From: Acholeplasmataceae bacterium
GTDB lineage: Bacteria; Bacillota_I; Bacilli_A; Acholeplasmatales; Acholeplasmataceae
Direction of reading: 5' to 3'
Assembly (NCBI GenBank): GCA_030603805.1
Contig: JAUVXD010000001.1
Coordinates: forward strand, 105,518 to 129,517
Length of the DNA stretch: 24,000 nucleotides
A program made the translations under genes and the position numbers. Position 1 is the stretch's first letter. Each line of letters starts with the position of its first letter. The notes under the pieces were generated by a model, which did no database searches, was not told the DNA's origin, and saw nothing but the letters and a program-made list of their open reading frames with translations. Positions 1 through 10,080 of this stretch are shown here, piece after piece.

Positions 1-202
1 TTGCATCTGTCATCCCAAGTTCCAAATAATGGGCAAGCGCGATTAAATTATGTTCCATCGTCTTTTTCTCAAAAGCATATAAATCTCTGTTAAAAAGATC
101 ATCATAGTAAAAGGTCTTGCCTTTAGACTCATATAGAGATAAAAGCAGCATCATTACCTCATGATTGATGGGGATTCGATCCATATTACCTAAAGCTTTC
201 AT
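1..202 (-). CDS. Hypothetical protein, N-terminal fragment (gene runs off the left edge)
   Basis: Absent from the ORF track because no stop lies in the window. ATG at 202-200 has AGGAAGG 7 nt upstream, overlapping the TAG stop of the upstream gene at 215-217. The frame stays open for all 67 codons to position 1 (MKALGNMDRIPINHEVMMLLLSLYESKGKTFYYDDLF...). No family recognised. Confidence 0.5.
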   Translation of the reverse strand, partial: MKALGNMDRIPINHEVMMLLLSLYESKGKTFYYDDLFNRDLYAFEKKTMEHNLIALAHYLELGMTDA

Positions 203-214
203 GAAAATACCTTC

Positions 215-1855
215 CTAGTGATGGAAGCTAGAGCCTCCAATAAATTCTCTTAAGAGTGAGTTGCATGGGACGATATCATCGTCGATTGAGTCAAAGTATT
301 TTAAGAACTTTAAGAGCCTATTGGCTGTAATAAAGTGTTTAGAATCTCGTGGAATTGCCTGTAATTGTGTGGTCGCATGTTTCTTTAAAACTGCAAACTC
401 ATACGTTAACTCAGAGTTAAAAACGAAATTAGCTTCCTTTTGGAATGGATAAATCCATTTAAACTCGCCTCTTCTCACAGATGGCCACATATCAAGGGTA
501 TCAGAGGCTGAAGCGTTTCTGTATTTTTGATCTCTAACAATTCTTCTCAGAAGTCTTAATTCCGTAATGGAGATTGGATTATGATCATCGATATGAAGCT
601 GTGTTTGAGGTGCGATATAAATATTGAATTTCTGATGTTTTGGAATCGAATGCGTGAGTTTTTCATTTAAAGCATGGATACCTTCAATAATCATTGGCAT
701 ATCTTCTTTGAGTTGTAAGGATTTACCCTGCTCTCTTTTACCTGTTTTAAAATTAAAATGGGGTAATGTGACACGTTGTCCTTGAATTAAAGCGAGCATA
801 TCATGATTAAAAAGCTCAACATCCAGTGCATCGACATGTTCTAAATCTGGAGAACCATCCTCATTTTTAGGTGCCTGTGCTTTCCCTAAATAATAATCAT
901 CGATAGAAATCATGATGGGCTTAAGGCCTCGAGACATCAGTTCAACTCTTAAACGATTAGAAAAGGTTGTTTTTCCAGATGAAGATGGACCTGCAATGGC
1001 AATCAACCGAATGTTATCGATATTGTTATAAATTTGATTACCAAGTTCATAAAGTTGATGTGCGTGTTTGGTTTCACACATATTGACAAAATCAACTGAG
1101 GATTGATAGGTTTTTGCATATTCATTAATCATAGGAATGGTGTTACCTTGGATGATTTTACCCCACTTTGCGACTTCCTTAAGCGCTTGTCCAAATGTGG
1201 GTTCATCAACGAACTTAGGAATCGCCCCGCCAAGTTCTGCACGTGGCACTTGAATGATGAATCCTGGGTGATATAAAAACATGTTGAAGGCACTTAAATA
1301 GCCGGTACTTGGTAACATGTAACCAAACATGTAGTTCATGTAGCCATTGCATTCATAAAGATTGACATAATCTTCTTCTCTATATTTCAATATAGAAACT
1401 TTATCAGGCATATCTAAATCTGTATAAAGTTTGGTTGCTTCACCTATGGAAACTCTTCTTCTTTCAATGGTTAAATCACGTTGAATCAAGCGCTCAACTT
1501 CTTGTTTGATTTTATTGACGACACCTGAATCTAAGACTTGATCTAAGCCTTCTAAAACAGCTAAAATCGAGCGAGAAATACTATAATTAAACTTCACTTT
1601 GGCCTTAGGATACATATTTTTAATTGCCATTGCAACCACATATCTTAATGTAGACTCATAGATACGTGCAGCATCAGGATGATCGTACTTTAAAAACTCA
1701 ACTTCAGCATCCTTAGTTGGAATATAGGATAATTCTCTGAGTCTTCCATCCACGGTTGCTGCTAAAACGTTGCTTTCATTTAATTTTTCTGCAATTTCTT
1801 CTAGTCTTAAAGGTTCATCGTATGTATAAGGTTTTCCTAAAATTTTTAATGTCAT
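215..1855 (-). CDS. Uridine kinase/PRK-family nucleoside kinase with a long ThrRS-like (TGS-type) N-terminal region
   Basis: C-terminal half has the P-loop IAIAGPSSSGKTT followed by ISIDDYYL, typical of the Udk/phosphoribulokinase family. About 280 aa precede it. The track ORF starts at 1930 inside parC; I moved the start to M26 (ATG at 1855, MTLKILGKPYTYDE), which has a GGGAG RBS and lies 10 nt after the parC stop. Confidence 0.7.
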   Translation of the reverse strand: MTLKILGKPYTYDEPLRLEEIAEKLNESNVLAATVDGRLRELSYIPTKDAEVEFLKYDHPDAARIYESTLRYVVAMAIKNMYPKAKVKFNYSISRSILAVLEGLDQVLDSGVVNKIKQEVERLIQRDLTIERRRVSIGEATKLYTDLDMPDKVSILKYREEDYVNLYECNGYMNYMFGYMLPSTGYLSAFNMFLYHPGFIIQVPRAELGGAIPKFVDEPTFGQALKEVAKWGKIIQGNTIPMINEYAKTYQSSVDFVNMCETKHAHQLYELGNQIYNNIDNIRLIAIAGPSSSGKTTFSNRLRVELMSRGLKPIMISIDDYYLGKAQAPKNEDGSPDLEHVDALDVELFNHDMLALIQGQRVTLPHFNFKTGKREQGKSLQLKEDMPMIIEGIHALNEKLTHSIPKHQKFNIYIAPQTQLHIDDHNPISITELRLLRRIVRDQKYRNASASDTLDMWPSVRRGEFKWIYPFQKEANFVFNSELTYEFAVLKKHATTQLQAIPRDSKHFITANRLLKFLKYFDSIDDDIVPCNSLLREFIGGSSFHH

Positions 1856-1865
1856 TTTTTTCTCC

Positions 1866-4454
1866 CTATTCGTCATCCTCATCGAATAAATCGAGTCGAT
1901 TGAGATGAATTTTTTGATCACTAACTTCAATAATTTCTTCTTTGACTAAATCTAAGACAGGTGCTGGAGGATTCTTCTTAACTTGATGTTTCGGTTTCGC
2001 TTCTTCCTCTTTTTCTTCCTTAGCTTTAAAGACTTCGATTAAGAAACCTCTGCCAAGGTCACTGTCTTCATAAAGTTTTTTACCAAATTTATTACCACTA
2101 TATTTTAAATCATTAACCGTCATTGTCAGTGAACCTTTTTCAGTTAAGATTAAGACACCCACGTTTTCTTTTTGTTGAGCTTTAGATAATCTTGATGCCG
2201 ATACAGCCACATGTGGGTTTGCCTTTTGATGTTCGATGATTAAAATACCTCGTCGATTACGATTATAAATCGGTAGTTCTTCCACAACATCTTTGATCAC
2301 ATGGCCTCGATTCGTTAAGATGATGAAATCATCACCGGGTTGAACATAGAGCGCTGCAGCAACAAAGTCATCTTCAGAAAGACTCATTGATTTGACACCG
2401 CCAGCTTGTAAACCATAAAGCGGTAGTTCTTCTGTCTTAAATCTTAAGGCATAGCCTTTCTTTGAAATGGAGATGATATTTTTCTTTTCGAACATATCCA
2501 CATGAATGACTTCATCTGTTTTAGAGAGTTTGAAGCAACGAATCGGTTTATTATATCTAGAGACTTCAAAATCTTTAAGTTTAGCTTGCTTCATCATACC
2601 TTCTTTGGTTGCAAGCAGTAAATTGATGTCATCTTCAAAGGTATCAACTGCAATCACTTTAATGAGAGTTTCTTGTTTTTCAATGGGGACGATATTATTG
2701 ATATAAACCCCTAAATCCTTCCATTTTTGCTCATCAATTTTATAGACTGGAAGGAAAATATAGTTTCCAAGATTGGTAAATATAAGTAGTGTATCTAAAG
2801 TATTGAGTTCTTTTTCAAACATAAGCGCATCATTTTCTTTCAAACCAACAGAAAGCGACGCTTGGTAAGACCGTGTGGATGCACGTTTGATATAACCATC
2901 TTTGGTGATACCAATCATGACTTTTTCCTCACTAATTAAGTCCTTAGAATCTATTTTAATCGATTCAATTTCAGCTTCAATTTCTGACTTTCTAGGTTCT
3001 CCAAGCAGTGTCACCACTTCAACAAGCTCGCGCTTGATGACTTTTCTTAAGGCTTGTTCGGAAGATAAAATGTGTTCTAAATCTTTGATGCGTTCAGATA
3101 AACTTTCTGATTCTTGTTGAAGGGCAAGGATATCCGTATTGGATAATCGATAAAGTTGCAATGTTACAATCGCTTCAGCTTGAAGATCGGAAAAATCAAA
3201 AGCTTTCATAATATTTTCTTTAGCATTTTGCTTATTTTGAGAACCACGAATAATTTTAATAATCTCTTCAACTACAGAGACCATCTTAATCAAGCCTAAA
3301 ACGATATGTTGTCTTTTGTTTGCTTTAGCAAGTTCAAAATTTGAACGATTCGTAATCACATCTTTTTGATGATCGACGTAGGCTTTTAAAATGGGGAGAA
3401 CACCGACTAAAACCGGACGATGGTTCATGATAGCAACCATGTTATAGTTGTAAGCGACTTGTAAATCTGTTTGTTTAAAAAGGTAGTTTAAAATAAACTG
3501 AGCATCGGCACCTTTTTTTAAATCAATGGCAATTCTTAAACCTTCCTGATCTGATTCATCTCTAATTTCTAAGATATCTTCAATTTTCTTATCAATACGA
3601 AGCACATCAATCGATTTAACAAGATCTGCTTTATTGACTTCATAAGGAATTTCAGTTATCACAATACGATCTTGAGATTTACTGATCTCTTCAATCATCG
3701 ATTTGGCACGAATCACAACTTTTCCTGCGCCAGTTTCTAGTGCTTGACGAATGCCTGCATGTCCTTGAACAATACCACCTGTTGGAAAATCAGGTCCTAA
3801 AATGATTTGCGAAAGTTCTTGAATGGTAATTTTGTCATTATCAATAAAAGCAATGGTGGCATCCACCACTTCTTTTAAATTATGTGGCGGAATTTTTGTG
3901 GCATAACCCGCACTAATGCCGGTTGCTCCATTAACTAAAAGATTCGGAAATTTAGCAGGTAAAACCGTAGGCTCTAATTCTTCATCATCAAAGTTAGGAA
4001 CAAAGGGGACGGTCCGTTTATCAATATCTTGAAGGAGTGCTTCCGAAGCTTTAGATAATCTCGCCTCAGTATAACGCATGGCAGCTGCTGAGTCACCATC
4101 AATCGACCCATTATTGCCATGCATATCAATCAAAGGCACGCGCATCTTAAAGTCTTGAGAAAGTCTGACCATTGCTTCATAAATTGATGAATCTCCATGA
4201 GGATGATACTTCCCCATAACTTCTCCAGCGATTCTTGCTGATTTTTTATAGGGTTTATTTGAAAGCATACCCATTTGTTGCATCGCATATAAAATACGGC
4301 GTTGCACAGGCTTTAAGCCATCTCTGGCATCAGGAAGTGCACGATCTTGAATGATGTACTTAGAGTATCGAGCAAAGCGTTCTGAAACAACATCCTCTAG
4401 CGAGGACTCGATGATTTTTTCAATATAATCATTGATTTTTGCAAGTGAAGACAT
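1866..4454 (-). CDS. parC: DNA topoisomerase IV subunit A
   Basis: [41 protein letters not shown] and [22 protein letters not shown] fit the ParC/GrlA pattern. GyrA would show VHRR and QGNFGS, and no GyrA-box QRRGGKG is seen in the C-terminal domain. The ATG overlaps the parE stop (TAATG), with GGAGGG inside the parE 3' end. Confidence 0.9.
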   Translation of the reverse strand: MSSLAKINDYIEKIIESSLEDVVSERFARYSKYIIQDRALPDARDGLKPVQRRILYAMQQMGMLSNKPYKKSARIAGEVMGKYHPHGDSSIYEAMVRLSQDFKMRVPLIDMHGNNGSIDGDSAAAMRYTEARLSKASEALLQDIDKRTVPFVPNFDDEELEPTVLPAKFPNLLVNGATGISAGYATKIPPHNLKEVVDATIAFIDNDKITIQELSQIILGPDFPTGGIVQGHAGIRQALETGAGKVVIRAKSMIEEISKSQDRIVITEIPYEVNKADLVKSIDVLRIDKKIEDILEIRDESDQEGLRIAIDLKKGADAQFILNYLFKQTDLQVAYNYNMVAIMNHRPVLVGVLPILKAYVDHQKDVITNRSNFELAKANKRQHIVLGLIKMVSVVEEIIKIIRGSQNKQNAKENIMKAFDFSDLQAEAIVTLQLYRLSNTDILALQQESESLSERIKDLEHILSSEQALRKVIKRELVEVVTLLGEPRKSEIEAEIESIKIDSKDLISEEKVMIGITKDGYIKRASTRSYQASLSVGLKENDALMFEKELNTLDTLLIFTNLGNYIFLPVYKIDEQKWKDLGVYINNIVPIEKQETLIKVIAVDTFEDDINLLLATKEGMMKQAKLKDFEVSRYNKPIRCFKLSKTDEVIHVDMFEKKNIISISKKGYALRFKTEELPLYGLQAGGVKSMSLSEDDFVAAALYVQPGDDFIILTNRGHVIKDVVEELPIYNRNRRGILIIEHQKANPHVAVSASRLSKAQQKENVGVLILTEKGSLTMTVNDLKYSGNKFGKKLYEDSDLGRGFLIEVFKAKEEKEEEAKPKHQVKKNPPAPVLDLVKEEIIEVSDQKIHLNRLDLFDEDDE

Positions 4455-6418
4455 TATTCCATCCCTCCTTGTTCTAAATCAAAGTCATCAGATATTTCAA
4501 AGTCGACATTATCTTCAATCCATGTTCGACGTGGTGCAACATCATCACCCATCAAGATACTGATGCGTTTATCTGATGCTGAAAAATCATCAATCTTGAT
4601 TTGAATTAACGCTCTGGTTTCAGGATTCATGGTGGTTTCCCATAATTGGGATGCATTCATTTCCCCTAAACCTTTATAGCGTTGAATATTATAAGGTGCA
4701 TCATCAATTAAACTCTTAAGTTCTTCATCGCTCCATGCATAAAAAATTTCTTCTTTTTTGCCTTTTTTCTTCGTTAATTTATAAAGAGGTGGTTGAGCTA
4801 AATAGAGTCTACCATCTTCAATTAATGGACGCATATATCTAAAGAAGAAAGTGAGTAGTAAAATTTGAATGTGCGCGCCATCGGTATCCGCATCGGTCAT
4901 GATAATGATTTTTTTATAATTACATTTTTTCATATCAAAATCCGCACCAAAATCGGCACCAATGGTATAGATGATCGTGCTAATTTCTTCATTTTTTAAA
5001 ATGGTATCGATATTTGCTTTTTCAGTGTTAATGACTTTCCCACGAAGTGGGAGGATGGCTTGAAATCTACGGTTTCTACCTTGTTTTGCAGAACCACCTG
5101 CAGAATCACCTTCAACTAAGAAAAGTTCATTAAGATTCTTATCTTTGCCTTGTGCTGGTGTGAGTTTTCCTGATAAAGTGACTTCTTTTTTGTTCTTCGT
5201 TTTCCCATTACGAGCTTCATCTCGAGCTTTTCTTGCAGCTTCTCTGGCACGTTGCGCAGAAAGCGCCCGATTGATAATATGTGAAGCGACAACTTTATTT
5301 TCTTCCATATAGGTTGTCATTTTTTCGTAAACAACGGTATCGGTGGCGTTTCTCGCCTCTGGTGTTCCAAGTTTTCCTTTGGTTTGACCTTCAAACTCTA
5401 AAAACTCTTCAGGAATTCTCAGTGATATCACAGAGGTTAAGCCTTCTCGAATATCAGAGCCATCTAAATTTTGGTCTTTATCTTTTAAGATGTTATATTT
5501 TCTGGCATAATCATTTAAAGCACGCGTTAAAGCGGATTTAAATCCAATTTCATGGGTGCCTCCATCTTTGGTTCTCACATTATTAACGAAAGATAAGATA
5601 TTTTCTTGATATCCATTCGTAAATTGGAGGGCAATTTCGATTTCAATCGCTTTTTTCTTTTTCTCACCAATTAAGTAGTTTGATGCCATTAAGCATGTTT
5701 CATTAACCGCTTCTTTATCCTTGTTTAAAAACTCAATATAAGCCTTAATACCTTCTTCATATTTAAACGATTCTTTCTGAGGTTTTCTTTGGTCAATCAA
5801 GTTCATCTTAAGACCTTTAATGAGAAAAGCTGCTTCTCTTAAGCGTTCTTTAATGAGATCATATTGAAAGAGTGTGGTAGAAAATATTTTAGGATCGGGC
5901 TTAAAATAGACGGTTGTTCCTGTTCTTTTGGAGTCCCCAATTTTTTCAAGTGGGAAAATTTTGGACCCTCCGTTTTCAAAACGTTGTTTAAATATACCCC
6001 CATCACGGTAGATCGTTACTTCTAAGAATTGAGAGAGTGCATTCACCACAGATGATCCAACCCCATGTAGACCACCGGATACCTTGTATCCGCTCTCATC
6101 TGAAAATTTACCACCGGCATGTAAAACAGTAAAAATGATTTCTGTTGTCGGTCTACCTGAACTATGCATTTTATATGGCATACCTCGACCGTTATCAGAA
6201 ACCTCAATAGAGTTATCCGCTTTGATTGTGAGTGTGATTTCATTACCATAGCCTGCAAGTGTTTCGTCAATTGCGTTATCGACAATTTCCCAGACTAGAT
6301 GATGAAGTCCTCTGGCATCGGTTGACCCGATGTACATCCCTGGACGTTTTCGGACTGCTTCTAAACCTTCCAGGATTTGAATCGATTTTTCATCATAAAT
6401 TTTGTTTGCTTTATTCAC
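4454..6418 (-). CDS. parE: DNA topoisomerase IV subunit B
   Basis: GHKL and Toprim motifs are present: [86 protein letters not shown]. The track start (TTG at 6469) lies inside the gene's own promoter. I chose GTG at 6418 ([21 protein letters not shown]), preceded by GGTGAT. The parE-parC order and the divergent plsY neighbour support topoisomerase IV over gyrase. Confidence 0.88.
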   Translation of the reverse strand: MNKANKIYDEKSIQILEGLEAVRKRPGMYIGSTDARGLHHLVWEIVDNAIDETLAGYGNEITLTIKADNSIEVSDNGRGMPYKMHSSGRPTTEIIFTVLHAGGKFSDESGYKVSGGLHGVGSSVVNALSQFLEVTIYRDGGIFKQRFENGGSKIFPLEKIGDSKRTGTTVYFKPDPKIFSTTLFQYDLIKERLREAAFLIKGLKMNLIDQRKPQKESFKYEEGIKAYIEFLNKDKEAVNETCLMASNYLIGEKKKKAIEIEIALQFTNGYQENILSFVNNVRTKDGGTHEIGFKSALTRALNDYARKYNILKDKDQNLDGSDIREGLTSVISLRIPEEFLEFEGQTKGKLGTPEARNATDTVVYEKMTTYMEENKVVASHIINRALSAQRAREAARKARDEARNGKTKNKKEVTLSGKLTPAQGKDKNLNELFLVEGDSAGGSAKQGRNRRFQAILPLRGKVINTEKANIDTILKNEEISTIIYTIGADFGADFDMKKCNYKKIIIMTDADTDGAHIQILLLTFFFRYMRPLIEDGRLYLAQPPLYKLTKKKGKKEEIFYAWSDEELKSLIDDAPYNIQRYKGLGEMNASQLWETTMNPETRALIQIKIDDFSASDKRISILMGDDVAPRRTWIEDNVDFEISDDFDLEQGGME

Positions 6419-6446
6419 ATGATCACCAACTTTTTTGTATGACCAT

Positions 6447-6475
6447 ATTATACCAAAAAATATAGTCAACTACAA
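6447..6475 (-). promoter_or_regulatory. parE-parC promoter (TTGTAG - 17 nt - TGgTATAAT, extended -10)
   Basis: Minus strand reads aaagaTTGTAGttgactatattttttgGTATAATatggtc. TATAAT sits at 6452-6447 with TG one base upstream, and the -35-like TTGTAG at 6475-6470. This gives a 5' UTR of about 20 nt to the GTG start. Confidence 0.55.
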
Positions 6476-6501
6476 TCTTTGAATATGTTTTATTTTTAGG
6501 T

Positions 6502-6529
6502 TTGACATTCAAACTAAAAGTGATATAAT
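6502..6529 (+). promoter_or_regulatory. plsY promoter (TTGACA - 16 nt - TGaTATAAT)
   Basis: Perfect -35 at 6502-6507 and perfect -10 at 6524-6529 with a TG extension. It lies about 25 nt upstream of the plsY RBS GGGGTGA and back-to-back with the parE promoter. Confidence 0.65.
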
Positions 6530-6552
6530 TGTTTAAGTAGTGGGGTGAACTT

Positions 6553-7224
6553 ATGACATATGTATGGATTGCATTACTCATGGTATTATCATATTTCCTG
6601 GGCTCAATCCCTAGTGGATTGATTATAGGTAAGGTATTTAAAGGGATTGACATTAGACAATATGGATCAAAAAATACAGGAGCAACCAATGCTGTACGGG
6701 TTTTAGGATTTAGATATGGGGTTTTCGCCTTTATTTTTGATGCCCTCAAAGGTGCTTTAGTCATTATGCTTGTCGCACTTGTAATTAAAGATCCATCACT
6801 TTATTTAGTGAGTAGTTTTCAAATCAATCTTGCCAGTATTTATGGTGCTGCCGCTGTCTTAGGACATGTATGGCCCATTTATATTAATTTCAAAGGCGGT
6901 AAGGCGGTTGCAACCTCAGCGGGTATGATTTTTGCGATTGAACCTTGGGTTGCTGTAGCAGTCATTATCATTTTCTTTGTGATTTTCTTTATCACTCGAT
7001 ATGTTAGTTTATCGTCAACAATTGCTGCTTCATCTGCACTACTCTATTTTGTCGCTCGCGTCTTTATTCCGCATCCCATGTTTAATCAAGCGACACGCAT
7101 TATGGATTTAGCTGTTGTTTGTTTTCTGGCAACCATCATTTTTGTTAGACATAAAGCAAACTATCGAAGACTTAAAATGGGGACTGAGCTTAAATTTGTT
7201 CCTAAATCAAAGAAAACAACATAA
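6553..7224 (+). CDS. plsY: Glycerol-3-phosphate acyltransferase PlsY (acyl-phosphate dependent)
   Basis: Polytopic membrane protein with the PlsY signature GSIPSGLIIGK...YGSKNTGATNAVRVLG...HVWPIY..FKGGKAVATSAG. The divergent plsY/parE arrangement is known from staphylococci and streptococci. Confidence 0.9.
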   Translation: MTYVWIALLMVLSYFLGSIPSGLIIGKVFKGIDIRQYGSKNTGATNAVRVLGFRYGVFAFIFDALKGALVIMLVALVIKDPSLYLVSSFQINLASIYGAAAVLGHVWPIYINFKGGKAVATSAGMIFAIEPWVAVAVIIIFFVIFFITRYVSLSSTIAASSALLYFVARVFIPHPMFNQATRIMDLAVVCFLATIIFVRHKANYRRLKMGTELKFVPKSKKTT

Positions 7225-7243
7225 GACCGAAAGGTCTTTTTTT
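7223..7243 (+). terminator. Intrinsic terminator after plsY
   Basis: AAGACC-gaaa-GGTCTT hairpin overlapping the TAA stop, followed by a T-run. The stem is short. Confidence 0.5.
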
Positions 7244-7303
7244 CTTATAATTTCTTGTAAATAGGTGATAAAATAAAGATAAATAATCAAGGGGGTATAG
7301 CGC

Positions 7304-8011
7304 ATGGATTTAAATGCACTTAAAGCAGAGTATAAAATTAAACACATTCCATTTGTTATCATTTTAGTCATTTTGTCATTTTTAGCAATGATTTGGATGA
7401 TTGTTTTATATGCACTGGATCCATCAGTATCATCTTCTCTCAATATGGTGATCACAATCGTTGTTTTTTCATTTACGCTCACAGCTTGGTTAGTGACAAT
7501 TATCTATCAAATGGAGAAGAATTATTTTAAACAAGTTCATTTTTTATATAGCAAATTTGCAATGACCCATAATATGAATCAAAACCATGCGTATAGTGTT
7601 AAAAATGTAAAAGAAGTTCCAAGAGAAATCTTTAAAAAATTCCCACTATATCGATATACCATCATCAAATACGATCTTTACATGGTTGATCAAGCAAACA
7701 ATCATCAACTACTCTATGTAAGTTTTAACCAAAATACCGGAAAATCAAATTATGTTAAGAGCTCAGGATTACTTTATGTTTATCCAAAAACTACAGGTAA
7801 GCATCCAGATGAACTGATTAAAGATGAACGATTATCATCCTATGGTAAGAGATTACAAACCGTGGAGTTTAATCAGCATTATTTTGTCTATTTAGAAATC
7901 AAAGAAAAGGTAAAAATCTATAAACATTTCAAAGAGACTGAAAAAGAAAAGGTTGAATCCTACGCAAAGACTGTGTTTGAGTTCTTTGATCGCATGAGTG
8001 ATTTGTTTTAG
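7304..8011 (+). CDS. Hypothetical membrane protein (two N-terminal TM helices plus a ~160-aa soluble domain)
   Basis: AAGGGGGT RBS 7 nt upstream of the ATG. Hydrophobic segments IPFVIILVILSFLAMIWMIVLYAL and MVITIVVFSFTLTAWLVTIIY. No family recognised with confidence. Confidence 0.6.
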   Translation: MDLNALKAEYKIKHIPFVIILVILSFLAMIWMIVLYALDPSVSSSLNMVITIVVFSFTLTAWLVTIIYQMEKNYFKQVHFLYSKFAMTHNMNQNHAYSVKNVKEVPREIFKKFPLYRYTIIKYDLYMVDQANNHQLLYVSFNQNTGKSNYVKSSGLLYVYPKTTGKHPDELIKDERLSSYGKRLQTVEFNQHYFVYLEIKEKVKIYKHFKETEKEKVESYAKTVFEFFDRMSDLF

Positions 8012-8060
8012 AAATATGGCATAGATGTGTTCAGGTGCATCATTTAGGGGGATTTAAAAA

Positions 8061-9131
8061 ATGAAAAAAATGATTTTATGTTGTCTTGCATGCTTAGCTT
8101 TTTTAACGTTATTTGCATGTAATCCACAAGAAAATGAAGAGAAATCTGTTGTTGAACTCGCCATGCTTGCTTTTGATGAAATGGATGCTTATCGAATCAA
8201 ACTAGATTTCGAGTATAAAACCGCTTTAAGCTCACAAACCATGTTTGGTACTCAAGATTATGTTTTGTTTAGAAATGGTGCTCAAAAAGGTGCTTTCGTA
8301 ACGGATAACGGTTTATCTGCCTATTGGAGTTTGTTTGAGATAGATAATAAAGCCTATAATGTTTTTCCAGGACCTCAAGGCTTTTATAAAACGCCAGCTT
8401 TAGATGCTGATTTATCTAAATGGGATTATCATGGTTTTTTACCTTCAATCGAAGGTATTGCTGAGACATATCTTTCTGAAATGGATCGCTATCTGTTAGA
8501 ATTAGAGGCTAATGCCGCATCCTTTATGGAAGAGTATCCCGCGTTTCATCTATCGATGAGTAATTTTCCATTAGCAATTTTAAACGTCATGGAATCGCCC
8601 AATTTAAGTGATGTCATGTTATCAATTAAACTTTTTATTAATCCTTTAGAAAAACGTCTTGAACGGATTGAAATTGATTACACAAATTATTTAGAACGTC
8701 TTTATGAGCCCATAAATGATAGAACTGGTGCATTAGTCCCCCACTTTCAATATGCGAAAATGACTTATACATTTTTATACGATGATTATTCGCATCTTAA
8801 GTTAGAATCACATGATTTTATCTTAGATGATGCTTCTAGATTTGTCCAGATTGGGCCCCACCATGAACTTGTTTTAGGTGAGTGGCATGAAACAGAACTT
8901 CAGTATCTGATGGATATGGATTTATTTAAAGTTGAAATCAAAGATGCAGGTTATTATTTATTTGAATCAACAGAAGGTCCAGTTTACAATCTCATTGATC
9001 CAAATCAAGGCATTACTACCTATATTGAAGATGGGATCAATTATTTTTTTGAACCAGGGATTTATTTTATTCGAGCACATACCTTTAGTAGTTATATAGG
9101 ATTTGCATCTGTTAAACTGACTCAAAATTAA
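8061..9131 (+). CDS. Lipoprotein, function unknown, with a PPC-like (pre-peptidase C-terminal type) beta-sandwich tail
   Basis: Signal peptide with lipobox LFA-C (MKKMILCCLACLAFLTLFAC|NPQ) and RBS AGGGGGA. The C-terminus DMDLFKVEIKDAGYYLFEST...EPGIYFIRAH resembles the DxDxYxF...GxYxI pattern of PPC domains; this domain call is inference. Confidence 0.65.
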   Translation: MKKMILCCLACLAFLTLFACNPQENEEKSVVELAMLAFDEMDAYRIKLDFEYKTALSSQTMFGTQDYVLFRNGAQKGAFVTDNGLSAYWSLFEIDNKAYNVFPGPQGFYKTPALDADLSKWDYHGFLPSIEGIAETYLSEMDRYLLELEANAASFMEEYPAFHLSMSNFPLAILNVMESPNLSDVMLSIKLFINPLEKRLERIEIDYTNYLERLYEPINDRTGALVPHFQYAKMTYTFLYDDYSHLKLESHDFILDDASRFVQIGPHHELVLGEWHETELQYLMDMDLFKVEIKDAGYYLFESTEGPVYNLIDPNQGITTYIEDGINYFFEPGIYFIRAHTFSSYIGFASVKLTQN

Positions 9132-9153
9132 AAAAAGCGGGTTGCCGCTTTTT
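9130..9153. terminator. Bidirectional intrinsic terminator between convergent genes
   Basis: AAAAAAAGCGG-gttg-CCGCTTTTT. The GC stem is flanked by an A-run and a T-run. It sits between the stop at 9131 (+) and the stop at 9156 (-). Confidence 0.7.
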
Positions 9154-9155
9154 CT

Positions 9156-10076
9156 TTATGTGAGGATGCCAGAAATAAAATCTGTTTGAATCATGAGGTA
9201 AAGATATCCAAAGGCTATGATGCTTTTCCAATCCTTTTTTGCATGACTAAAGGCTTCAGGATAACTTTGCCATGTCCATGTGATTTCCCAGACTCCTTCA
9301 AAGTTCGTATGCTTTAAGGCTTCTTCAAACTCAAGATAAAGCAAGTCAAGAAAAGCCTCTGAAAGATAGGTTGGGTGGGTATGAATGAAAGAGGTTGGTT
9401 TTGGAACATAATCCTTAAACCATCTTAAATGGTCTTTTTCAATCGTTTTTTCTACTAGATGGATGAGTTTTGCTTTGGCATCTTTAAAAGGCTGATAGTG
9501 CTTATAAACGGCTTCAGCATCAAGAATTAAGTCAATCAAACATCTGAGTTCATGGACTTCAAATGCTTCATGAGCACTAATATAAGTAAATGCTTCTTGT
9601 GCAACGAAGGTTGCATATTTAAACACAGGATGCATGGGATTGGCATAATGAAGAATAAAACCAGCTAAGGATGCTGAAGGATTAAACGAAGGTTCTTCTT
9701 CTCGAAAATGCCACCATGGTGCATGTGGGTAATCGTTATTCGAAGGCATTACTCCAGCCCATCTTTTTGACGTTTGATCAAAAGATTTTTCAAGATAATC
9801 CATCATGCTTAAAATCATGGGATCTTTTTTATTAAACGCAATTTCTCTTAAGATGGTGGTTGCTGTCCATGTTTGAATCGGTGATGAGTTGGGATTGATA
9901 TAGTCTGGTTCTAGACCATGACCAAATCCCCCATCAGGATTTTGATATTTGATAAGTTCTTCAAGAATGCGTGTTTCATCACCTTCTCCTAAAAGATAGT
10001 ACAGTCTTGCTTTTTCTAAAGGACGTCCATGATCTTTGATGTAGGTAAGGATTAAATTAATCTTTTCATCTTTCAT
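9156..10076 (-). CDS. Hypothetical protein with one prenyltransferase/terpene-cyclase-type QW-like motif (possible alpha/alpha-toroid fold)
   Basis: YQNPDGGFGHGLEPD resembles the Q-x-x-DGG(W/F)G repeat of alpha/alpha-toroid proteins; only one copy is seen. Start moved to M16 (ATG at 10076, MKDEKINLIL), which has an AAAGGA RBS and lies 4 nt after the upstream stop. The track start at 10121 would overlap the upstream gene by 41 nt. Confidence 0.5.
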   Translation of the reverse strand: MKDEKINLILTYIKDHGRPLEKARLYYLLGEGDETRILEELIKYQNPDGGFGHGLEPDYINPNSSPIQTWTATTILREIAFNKKDPMILSMMDYLEKSFDQTSKRWAGVMPSNNDYPHAPWWHFREEEPSFNPSASLAGFILHYANPMHPVFKYATFVAQEAFTYISAHEAFEVHELRCLIDLILDAEAVYKHYQPFKDAKAKLIHLVEKTIEKDHLRWFKDYVPKPTSFIHTHPTYLSEAFLDLLYLEFEEALKHTNFEGVWEITWTWQSYPEAFSHAKKDWKSIIAFGYLYLMIQTDFISGILT

Positions 10077-10080
10077 GGGA

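Noticed and set aside
6464-6469. TTGACT (minus strand) as the -35 of the parE promoter.
   Set aside because: It lies only 11 nt from the TATAAT box. TTGTAG, 17 nt away, together with the TG extension, is the workable geometry.
1866-6469. Alternative reading of the two topoisomerase genes as gyrB/gyrA.
   Set aside because: The A subunit has QRRILYAM and HGNNGS (ParC-type) and lacks a GyrA box. The B-then-A order next to divergent plsY matches the topoisomerase IV locus of Gram-positive bacteria.
6423-7482. Track ORFs 6423-6764 (-) and 7207-7482 (-).
   Set aside because: They are antisense to plsY and to the 7304-8011 gene respectively. They have low-complexity composition and no RBS, and they run through mapped promoters or terminators. 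I regard them as shadow ORFs.
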